From: Phoronis australis | Lineage: Eukaryota > Animalia > Phoronida | Reading direction: 5' to 3' | DNA length: 64,000 bases | Assembly (NCBI GenBank): GCA_002633005.1 | Contig: NMRA01000086.1 | Location: forward strand, 248,001-312,000 | Shown here: piece by piece, positions 37,843 to 48,704 of the stretch | Layout of the letters: each line of letters opens with the position of its first letter | Numbering within the stretch: position 1 is the first letter of the stretch | The notes under the pieces: model-generated | Databases searched by the model: none | What the model was told of the DNA's origin: nothing | What the model saw: the letters and a program-made list of their open reading frames with translations, nothing else | Position numbers and translations under genes: made by a program

Positions 37843-39909
37843 AAGTGAGGTGCGTAGATCCTAGCGTTACTCAACTCAACCATGGAGTTCTATTAGAGAT
37901 TGGGGACCGAACGGGGCGGGTCTCCTCAACACTTCTACGTATATAAAAAGGCGATTCTTAGCAATGACCTATATACATAGCTATATGTATCTCATTGATT
38001 CTTAGTACCATTAAACATTACCTAGAGTTTTATTAGAGTAGGCCTATAGCACGAAAGCCGAAATGATATTAGATAGGGGCGGGATCCAGGATTTTTTTTC
38101 ACCACACGGCCACATTTAATTAGCGAGCGATAATCGCATGGTCGGCGTACTTATGGGAAATCTCGACAATACCCACACCAGGAGATCCAACGAAATTTCA
38201 ACGATTTTATTACTTAATACCAATAAGGACGGTGGTCTTAGTAAACTAAACTGACATGGCTACATGAGCTAATACCTTTAATTATTCCCACTTCCTGTCC
38301 CCCGTTCATTTTCTCTCGATCCTCGAAAGCTAGTGTTTTTTAGATATATATTTACCGTGTTTTAACTGCTTCTACATTGTCTAATTTTATCCGGTCTCGA
38401 CATTCGTCATTTTAACTTGAATGAATTATAGCAATCTTGTCACCATCCCTTCAAAATATTCCGAATCCACATTAACTACTTCGTGTTTGAAGTTTCAGCT
38501 GGCAAAGACGGACAGGCCTGAAGACTATCAAGACGTGGGCGTAATACACATATCTACGAAACGCAACTCGGGATTAAGTGATTGTAAACAGTAGATAAAT
38601 CTAGTACTGGGGATGAAAAGTGACACGAAATGATAGTTCAGGAGCGCCATAACTGTTCATTAAGAACTCGAATGCCTGGTACAACTCTTGTTATAGCGCG
38701 ACGATTCAGTTTGTGCACAGTATTGCTGTACTAGCCAACGGTCCCGCTTTTAGGGGCAGGTCTATCCCTCTTCTGGTCCAATCCCGCCACACCATCAACA
38801 TGTTCCGCTTAATTTTGACACACGGCGAAATTGATTTAGTAGCAGATATTATGATTCTTCTCACGATGTAGCTCTATCTGCTCGGCTTCTGTTCTTCTAA
38901 TTAAAACGCAAATAAACGAGCGTTTTGGGGTGTTGCAGCACCCATATTTTACCATTCGACCAAGTAACACAAAAATACGCTGTTTGACCGTTGTACGATT
39001 TTCGGGTGTTGCGGCGAACATTTCAACCTTTCGTTTTGGGATTAACCAAGCCGTTCCGCTTCATAACCGGATGTTATGCCTTTTCAATCTAGGTATCCTG
39101 TTTTTTCGTTTTCGAATGTTGGCAATTACTTAAATAGAGGCTTCTTTTTAGAGAACGTATCATATGCACAATGTGATATCCGTCACAGACTTCCATCTGT
39201 TTCACTCAGTAAGTGATTGGTCACAGTAGGTGAAATTAACCTTTAAGGAATAAAATGTGACACGAAAGAAAAGTTCAGCAACGCCAGACATTAAATTGGC
39301 ACACAGTACGGCATACTAGGCCTTGCGCTGAGGGTCTGGAAATATAACAATATAGCCAGAATATAACCTGCGCGATATTTCCAAAATTAGAGTGTTGTCT
39401 TCATGTCTAAAAGACGCATTTAACTTTTGGATGTCATTTTCGATTAACACCTTTCTGATAGCTAGCCCATCTAGAACTTGTGTCTTTCAATTGTTAGCGA
39501 AAATTTTGATGCGCAAAACAGTAGAATTGCACAGTTGTAAAGATCTAAGACAGTCTTGATGATTTGTGGGATTTCGCAAGATTTCAAATGCGCTTAATAT
39601 CAATAATTTTTTAATATACTAATAACAGTTTTGTGAAAAAGATCTCAAGTTGGCTTTAACTTGTTGTGGAATGCTAGGATATTAAGCTGTCTTTTAATTC
39701 CTCAGCACTTACCACTGTTTGTTGTATGTTTCTAACTCCTACGTCGTGATTTCCAACTCCACTTATTTTAAAATGCATTTTACAATATTCAAGAGAAAGA
39801 CTGAAAACAGTGGGTTGCTGAGATTTCATGTACTAATAAACACAGAAAAATCAGAACTCCCAACATTTTATAACAGAATTATTTATTAAAATGTGATTGA
39901 ACACGCACC

Positions 39910-40247
39910 CGGGGTCTAATTTCCGTACTCGAAATCGAATTTGATTTTTTGACGTTTTCTGTTCTACTTTTGTGCGAACTCAAGATAAGTGTGTATTACT
40001 CTGTGCTCGAGAACGGTGTGGCTTGCGGGAATGACTGTCTAATCTTAGCCTGCCCTAGATGACCCAAGGATTAACGAGTCTGAACTGAAATTTATAGCTC
40101 GACTCTATGGGCCATCAAGCGTAAACTAGACATTCATGAGCATAAACAATAGCATACTCGAGCTCAGAAAAATAGACACTGATCTTGAGTTCGTATAAGT
40201 GAAAATATTTTGTCAAAAACAATTTCGAGAACAAAATTTAGACGCCT
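39910..40247. mobile_element. Old MITE-like foldback element just 3' of the elongase stop codon
   Basis: Imperfect inverted arms: gtctaa...cgaactcaagat.agtgt.tat..tctg.gctcgag versus ctcgagctcaga..atagacactgatcttgagttcg...ttagac. Confidence 0.65.
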
Positions 40248-40299
40248 TACTACAAATTGACGCCATTCCAAAATGACAAAAAATTACGTCAAACAGTGG

Positions 40300-43200
40300 T
40301 CAAGATTCTTTGATGTGTTCCTTTCCATTGCATGAGCGTTCTTCATTATGCTTTGTCCCATTTCGCATCTCTTTCTTGGCGTAGGCGTGTATGAAAAAGT
40401 TGGCAAACAAAACGATGTATGTTGCCAGCTGAGCTATGACTAGCCACGCCGCCCATCGGGGATAATCACATGCCGAATACAAACTGTAGATAGCGTGGAT
40501 AAGTAGGATGAAGAACTGAATCTGAAAAGAAATAACAGTGTGTGAATGCAACTCAAAGAGACATTACCGGTTTTGAGATTAATGTTGGATGGGATAGATT
40601 TCTGGAAGCTATTAACTTTGCCGACAATTGTGAAACAACGAAACTCCTTCTGTTTTTGTGATTTGATATCAAATCGCCCATTCTTGTTGTAGTTGACTGC
40701 CAGACACTCTAGTTAAGGCCGCATTTCACTCCGAATTCGTGCCATTTTCGAATTTGGAATTTCAGAGTCGTCCAACCCTAGGTTCTGATGACTTTTCTCG
40801 AGTTGCTGGTGGTTTTGATGTTCTTTTTGACAACGTAGATATAATTATATCGCGGTAAGGAATATTATGAGAGTAAAAGACCTAGTTCGGTTTTTGTCAT
40901 CTAAACAGGATGAAATGCAGTTTTAAATGCGCCTAAAATTCTCTGGCTTTTTTCAAATTGGACTTAGGTCCCCCAGCAGAGCGTTAAATTGCCACCGCGG
41001 GGGTTTAAGGTTCAATTCTACGCTGAGCCTGATTTCAGACAAGATAGTGTCTCTTTAAAAGCTACTTCGGATGATCAGAGGCTGACGTAAGCCAAAGGTT
41101 TCCACGTTTTCAATTTAGTCACAGCAATGCTGAAGTTTTACTCTTGCGTTATCAATAAAAAACTGGAAAAAATAAAAAATACCGATGCTGTTTTCTCAAT
41201 GTTTACATTTAATCTGAGCTGGTGATAATGGAAGGTCGAAATCCAATTTTCGCTGCTCGCCACAGAGATATTGCTTAGTCTCAGCATATCAACTTGAATC
41301 AATTAGTGTGATACAACGTGCCTGCATTTTAAGAACCAATTTGATGCCCGTTATGTAGTAGGGGAAACTGGTTCTCAAAATTCGGGCACGTTACATCAGA
41401 CCATTACCCAATTGCAAACAACAGATCAATTTCGATCTGCAATAACCTCACAATTCTGGCCACGCATCACTTGACAATACTGTAGCCATGGCCACGCATC
41501 ACTTGACAATACTGTAGCCATGGCCACGCATCACTTGACAATACTGTAGCCATGGCCACGCATCACTTGACAATACTGTAGCCGTGGCCACGAATCACTT
41601 GACAATACTGTAGCCATGGCCACGCATCACTTGACAATACTGTAGCCATGGCCACGAATCACTTGACAATACTGTACTTACAAGTTGTAACTTGGTAAGA
41701 TGACGCTTCCACCATAGATATCTCCGGAAAGAAGGGAAGATACTCAGACCGTAGTACAAATACATGATGGTGTGTACAAGGCTGTTCAATAGAGCACCCA
41801 GAACCGCTGGTGATGGAAAAGTAAGGCAGTATGAGTCCAATCAGTAGATATAGTTAGCAGGACAAATAGTTCTGACGTTGGCTGCACCTACTATATGAAT
41901 TCAATAAATGCAGCTTTAATATACATGCATGCATTCTTTTACGGGTGTTATTTTCCGTTCTTTTGAATTTTGCCAAGTAAGCCTGTCTTATTACTAATAA
42001 GCAAGTGCGTTTATAGTATACATAAATACACACTACTTAGGCATGCTGACGTAAGATATGCCACGCAGATTATCAAATCAATACCACAGAGGGGGCTCAT
42101 TTAGGCCCATGCCGATTTTTCATCCGTAATAAAGTGTTTTTTTAGAAAAAATTTCGGCAAATAGGAGCATGTGCCTAAACTTCCCTTGCATATGTGTAGG
42201 GATCCGTACGAGAAACTCGTGAAAACACAAACTATGGAAGTATAAAGGCATGGAACACGAAAATACCTTTTAAACAGATCGTGACAAATCTACTTCATAG
42301 GGACGCTCACGTAAGAGTTATTCACTTTGAATATTGCAAGAATTTGTGGAGAAAATTTTCAGATTCACTATTTTTGAAACAAAGACGAAATAAAAACTCT
42401 TTCATACCCATACAGTTTTCAAATTCTTCGCCCCCTAATAATATATAAATTACATGCTTTGCCGTGTGGGAGAAAATCGATGAAGTGACGAGCAGTTGAC
42501 GGATGTTTTTAAATTTGAAACCACATAAAAATGCTATGACATCAACAGAAATTGAAAATCTTTACGAAAAAACCGTAAAAATATCTGCTGAAGAGTTTGA
42601 TTGCTGTTGTAGTGGCGGAGAACCACAACGAATTATACAATTTATTTTGTTTTTCCAAGTTCTATGCCACTTTAAATTTTTTCTTTGCGATATTGCTCAT
42701 GCTGCTTCGTACATAGACACATATACCTATTCCTGGAAATACATGCAACTTTGCATATAGGCGCATAGACCTAAATAATCAGATAACGAAAAAATATTCC
42801 AATTAAATGTAAAATGCTATTTACTAGAATTGAAACGTTGCAATTCTTAAAAAGTGTGATAATTGAACATCGATGATAAAAAGGTCAGACTTTTTGCTAG
42901 TATACTCACGTTGTCCACCTGGAGTAAAAGCTACAATACACCACATGGCGTTGAGCATGCTCACGTGATGGAAAACGTGAAGAAACGTGACTTGTTGGTC
43001 CTTCTTTCGTAATATCATGAATACTGTATCGAAGAAATCCACGGCTTTTGAAATAAAATAGACCCACATTACGTTTGCTATCTGAAATGAAACGTGTACG
43101 CGTACTGCTTTGAAAGACGATCAAATGGTAATTCCTTTTTGGACTTCAAACATACAGTTAGATGTATTGTTCATGTCGAGTTCTGAGATCACCTGCTGAC

Positions 43201-46200
43201 CTTCATGCATTTTCGTTTTGACTGTAAAAATTTCGAAGAACAATTATCCCTAAAAGGCTATTTTGACCAACTACTCGCGACTCTCATCAGTTTCAATTAG
43301 GTGTCATAAAATGCTGTGCATTATTTAACAAGTATCGTACAGCGAAATTATCCTTTCACACAAATTAAAGGCGAAGACAACCTTTTTCATGTCATTTTGA
43401 GCTAAAATAAGGTTGGTTGGTTATCCTAGACATATTTTCCACATAATTACATCTTTTCGTAATTTTGTTAATTACTCGCCCGCTACTCCGGAAGTGACGT
43501 TTTAGGAGGCAAGCATTTCGCGCCAATTTCTTTTCATATAGTCTGACTGTGAGAGCTGCCGACTCAGTCATTGTTCCGTCGTCGTTTGCTTTCATTTACT
43601 ATTCAGTCAACATGCCACACTGTTGCTGCGTACCGGGATGTACTAATTATCGTCTGACGCGCGCTTTGGGAGTACCTTTGCATCGCTTTCCGATGGATGA
43701 CACACTACGCCGTACTTGGCTCGTTCGTGTGAAGAGCGCAGCGTTACCCGTCCACGCAACGTACAAAGCAGTCGAGAATTACTGTGTGTGTGGCAAACAC
43801 TTTCTGCCGTCCGATTACGAAAGGGGTTTGTACGCTGAACTGATGAAGGTCCCTGCGAAACAACGCCTGAAGCAGGATGCCATTCCGTCCGTGTTGATTC
43901 CCGGCAGTGCCCCGTCGCCACCCCCGAGATGTGCGTTTTTGAAGCGAGAAGCCTCGCGAGCTGTGGCCAGTACAGTGACTGGAGCCAGTGGAGGCACTTC
44001 ATTTACTGTCACCCGTGCCTCCGAACGTACCCCAGAGCGTGCCATTCCTGGAACCAGTAGTGATTCGCCCTGTGCTGTTTTCTCCAGCCCAGAGCCTCTA
44101 AGCAGCCCTGCAGCGATATTGAGTAGTGGGAGTGATTACAGGCCCAGTTCGACACCCAGTGAAGAGGACAGTTCGTCGTCCAGTGAACAGATCGGTGAGC
44201 CAAACTTTGATAAGTTTATTGTGGACTTGTCTAAAGTGTTGGAGCTATTTAGAAGGTGCCAGGTGTGTGGCGAGGGAGTCACACGACACAATGTAAGCAG
44301 TTTGGGTGCTCAGGTCACCATCCAGTGGGAGTGTGTCACGGGACACTCTGGCAAGTGGGACAGTTGTTCCTCTGTCCGTGGTATGCCGGAGGTCCACTTA
44401 ACCATGTCCAGTGGTGTGCTCTTCACTGGAAACACGTTTCAGTCGGTGAAGACAATGATGGACTTTGGAAAAGTCAAGTTTTTTTTCGAAAACAACATTC
44501 AACAACATTCAGAATTCCTATTTAATACCAGTTGTCAATGACGCATACATGTCACAACATCTCGAGTTGGTGGCGGAATTCATGGAGAAGGAGAACTTGT
44601 CTGACTCACCAGGGCGGTCCGCCAAGTATACCACATACACTCTAATGGAGGAAGAGACCAAAAAGATAATTGATGTGGAACTCGGAACAGCACAAGCATT
44701 CAATTGAGGTAGGCATAACAACGCACACAGTGCATTTGCACCAAGATGTGTCACCACGTCTGTCTTCAGTAGCCGCCTCGTTTCTCTCAACAGCTGCCTG
44801 TGCCTGTGTGTACTCTGCCTCGTTGTACTCGGGCTCAAACATGTACCCACCCACTGAATGTCCGTGAAAAAATTCTTCGTCACCACTGCTGTGAACAAGG
44901 TCTCCGTCACTCACACTACTGTTACTGTGATACGGGTCACCGAGTCCAGCAATTTTCAGCTTACAACACTCTAAACAATCCCTAAATCCAATGTAGTTGA
45001 GTTCTCTAGTAACCTATGTTGCCGCAGAATACTCGCCGATATGGAAAGTGGTGGCGACAAGTGTTGAAAAACAGCACAAAACAAAAGTAGAACAGAACAG
45101 ATTAGCACGGTAAACTCAACGTAAAACCAATTGTCGGGAAACGCTTGCCTCCTAAAACGTCACTTCCGGAGTAGCGGACGAGTAATTCAAAGTTACGAAA
45201 AGCTGTAATTAAGTGGAAATTATGTCTAGGATAACCAACCAACCTTATTTTAGCTCAAATTGACATGAAAAAAGGTTGCCTTCGCCTTTAAGGTACGACC
45301 ACCGAGTTCTAAAGTACTACCGGTACATAAGTTTGTCACGTGGTCGCCTTTTAGGTTACAGCAGGTTCAGTATAACGTCATATTGACGTTTTGGAACCAC
45401 ACAACTCAGCTGTAGTTTATTTTCAGTGAGATGGTGGCGAAACAACATCGCATAAATAAACACCTTTTCAAAATATAAACAATTACTCTAATGGGTTAAT
45501 TATAGTGTAGCTTCACTTACTGAAGTCATTTGAATATCTTACATTCACTAGAATGACAAACAATGAATAGCTTGCAAGTAGAACGTGGTCAATATTTACC
45601 CGTAGTTCGCTTGAAGATTTCCGTGTCGTGTCGTTGTAGGGGTCACAGACAAAGTTGTAACCAGCCTGTCGACTGCCAAAGAAAAACTGAAATTGAAATC
45701 GAAATTATTACGTAATGGGGTATTACCTACTTTGCTTCTCGAAACAAACTTTGAGTTCAAGAACAATCACTAAAATGCTTGAAAAGCAACGTCCCCAAGC
45801 GTCTGATGGTTTTGCGTATTCACGCCCATAATTCTGAGCATTAGGACAGCGGGTCCACAATTGTACACTGTTATGTGTCGTATTTATCACTATGTTGCTG
45901 CCAACTTAGTTTGAATTCATCATTCCACGGATGGTAACGTTTTATCATTACACTTTGTAAGTTGAATTGCTGATACCAGAACAAACTACCAACTTGATGG
46001 AGCGCATATTATTTTGTTGTTCGTGAAGCTCCGAAATTTCACGAGTAAAGTGTATGCCGAGACATAGATAGATAGAGAATTTAAAGTGCAAAAACCAACA
46101 CTTTTTTGACGTGTGACTACATTGTCAGCACCATTATTATAACCGTGAATTCCATTTCACAGAAAATAAAAGAAAAACGCCACTTTAATTGAAAGTTCCT

Positions 46201-48704
46201 TAGCTCCACGGACATAGGTTAGGCGTATGAACTCACCCAGCGCCAGTGTGTCATGTCTAAAAACGCGCGAGTTCCATATACTTGTGCCATATCGGCGTTT
46301 CTCTGATGTCCCGCAGAAAGTGAAAAGAGTCACAGCATGTTCAAATACTAAGTAGTCACAACTACCACAAACGCAGCTCCTCACCATTCTTCGTTGTACC
46401 ATAAACCACGGGAAAACGAGCATCAATGTCTGATGACTTTTCACACTACACACAGTGAGGGATGATTAATGTTGTGATTGGTTTTCCCTAATCTGCGTAG
46501 TAAGTATCGACGAATAAATGCTGGTAACTCGAGGACAGTTAATTAACATGTCGTCAGATAGTGTTTGAGGGATATGGCAATGGTGGTTTTAAGCAACCTT
46601 TCGAAAATTATGTCACTCATTGAATGAGTTTTTCTAGCCCCACCAAGCACTGAAGAGTTGATTTCGATACGAGTTTGTTGATATGCCTTGGATACCTGTT
46701 ATGTTCTCAACTAAAACGGTAGAAAATTCAGTATTTCTCATAAAATAACTGCTGTTGCGTACATGCTGCTGAAAACGGAAGTTATTTGAGTAGAGACCAT
46801 CTTTGATTTGAAGTATAAATTTTCATTTAACATTTCACCTTGAAATAACAAAAATCTCGGAAATTAATCCATAAAACTGTATCTCCCATGTCTCCTGTGC
46901 AGACCATACTTTGTAATTGTCATGTTAATCTTGTGTTTTCAAGTTCTATTGTACATTGTACTAGTTTATGTTATTCCCAACCATGATAAATAACCTTTTA
47001 TCGCCTACGTGCGCCTTGTTCCTCTCTCTGGAAACGTAGGTTTGGACCTACCTGTGTTCCCTATCTTTCTAGCACTCGTGAATTAGGCGGTTATAAAGAG
47101 TGTTGCATTCATGTCAAGTGTGGAGTGCGTCTAATCAAACAGCAACACGCCGCCGATGCCTCGATAATGATTTCTTTCTAATGAGTTCTTAGCGTGTAGT
47201 TATCAGAAATCCTGCATATCTGCAGTAATGCATGTCCGAAGTAAAGTACGGATGAATTAGAAACTAACGTGTGTGGTATAGCTTTCGGATATTTAATTAG
47301 ATACATGTACGTGCCCACTAGAAAATCCAAGTTGCCAACAAAATTTGTGGAGCAACATTTCAATTTGTTGGGATTCCAGGCAAATGTTTATCGCCAGCAT
47401 TTTTCATAACTTGCTCAGCAATAATTTGTGCCCATAAAAAGCAGAAAGTCTGCTCTACTGCTGATATCGAATCTAAGCATAGGTGCGCACGTAAGAAAAA
47501 TGCTTTGCTGCGTTAACCCCGCAAACGTGTGATAGTCCCTTTCATGAAAGTCTTTTTACGGATTTTTCTCCTCGGTTTTTCTAGAGATTTCCTGCAACAC
47601 AATTCCTCAGTTTTGCGTTCGCACGATAAATTTTCAAGATTTCAGATTTTTTTTACAAAAAATTTCAAAAAGGCTCTCATGAACTGTCTTAATTGCGGGA
47701 AACTCCAGGCTCGCGCGAACGGGAAGCGAACTTTTTATTTAGATCATTTATCGCTATGAAATCGGTTTAACTCAGATGAGAAGTGATTTTTGGCTTTGCC
47801 AGAAATTGACAGTTCCATATCTCTTTTAAGAGACCATGCTCGGCCCATAAAATGACCTGCCGTGACAAGCCAACTTGTAGGCCTGGCGGAACGCTAGGAC
47901 CTACGCTAGTGCCTAGCTAAAACCTAGCCAAAGTCACATGTTCTCATTTGAAATACACGATATCTCTCGTAGTCTCGCGAAGTCTTGCTTTTTGGCGAGG
48001 TTCTAAGGTTACTGAGCGGGAGGCTGGTTTCGAGCAATAACGAACTATCATTTCTTGAAAACTTGAAATCACCTTCAATTTGAGACCAATTTCATAACAG
48101 GAAGTGGTCATAATCAAAAGTTGTTTTTTTGTAATGGAATTCCGGCTTATAACCGCTTTAAGTAAATGCTACCTCTGTGGTCATGTAAAACGATAATCCC
48201 ACTTGGCCGATATTGTAAATCAGCATATATGGCTTGACATCTAATGGCGAACGTTTCTTTAGCACATGAGGACCAATTCGAACAAACAGAAGATATACAG
48301 CAGTGAGAACGATGCTGTAAACTGGCGAGTTCCACACAAGCGCATAGTTTCGAGTCCGAGCATCTGAAAAACATTGTTGGCGTTTTATGTAGACTATCAA
48401 ATTCAAATACTCGTATCAGTCACCCAGGTTTTATTCACTCAACTAGAAAACATTTATACCTATTGCACAATGGCGAAGCTTTCAACACGTTATTGTATAG
48501 ATTAACTCGTCTGTAAAACAGTTCGACGTTATATTTATAGACATTAAAGTAAGTTCCAAAGCAATTTTAACGCCTATAATTTACTAGGGTAGTTTCTTGC
48601 GTACAGGCGACACTTCTCCTAGTAGCCATCGATATTTATCTAGTCCTACCTGCGTTTTCCATCAGTCTTCTGTAATGCACTGCCGGCGAAATTAGAAAGT
48701 CCAT
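40300..48704 (-). CDS. Very-long-chain fatty acid elongase, ELOVL4-like, ~283 aa, 6 exons
   Basis: Exons 48704-48650, 48363-48173, 45686-45600, 43081-42910, 41806-41682 and 40521-40300 total 852 nt with consistent phases. Motifs: [23 protein letters not shown] (HxxHH), [37 protein letters not shown] and a C-terminal KEHIKES ER-retrieval-like tail. The exact paralog is unresolved. Confidence 0.93.
41457..41677. repeat. 32-bp minisatellite, ~7 copies
   Basis: tggccacgcatcacttgacaatactgtagcca repeated head to tail, abutting the exon-5 donor at 41681. Confidence 0.95.
43612..44683 (+). pseudogene. THAP-domain Kolobok transposase, frameshifted and truncated
   Basis: [10 protein letters not shown]...LHRFP...W...VCGKHF...LKQDAIPS (THAP), Ser/Pro linker, CxxC...CxxGH..W zinc module, a frameshift in the T-run at ~44479-44486, then [25 protein letters not shown]. 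The sequence is cut off after this. Confidence 0.85.
44672..44914 (-). pseudogene. KolX-like (P2X7 cytoplasmic ballast-like) Cys-rich protein, N-terminal fragment
   Basis: GYMFEPEY...[27 protein letters not shown] matches the YxFEP / WCxCxxCxxMxTxxExxCCxE pattern. The start codon is not evident and the fragment is truncated at the deletion junction. Confidence 0.8.

Larger units (their letters stand above)
43369..45287 (+). mobile_element. Kolobok-type DNA transposon, internally deleted (1919 bp), in elongase intron 3
   Basis: TTAA on both sides (43365-43368, 45288-45291), ~160-bp imperfect TIRs starting AGGCGAAG, a THAP transposase remnant on plus and a convergent Cys-rich ORF on minus. Confidence 0.9.

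Noticed and set aside
41457-41677. 32-bp repeat of CRISPR-like length
   Set aside because: It is a head-to-tail tandem repeat without spacers and there are no cas genes.
43549-44541. Domesticated host THAP gene
   Set aside because: It is enclosed by TIRs and a TTAA TSD, ends through a frameshift and has a decayed paralogous copy, so a transposon origin fits better.
43365-45291. piggyBac assignment because of TTAA
   Set aside because: The termini begin AG rather than CC, and the protein content (THAP, DSPG.AKY, KolX-like) fits Kolobok.
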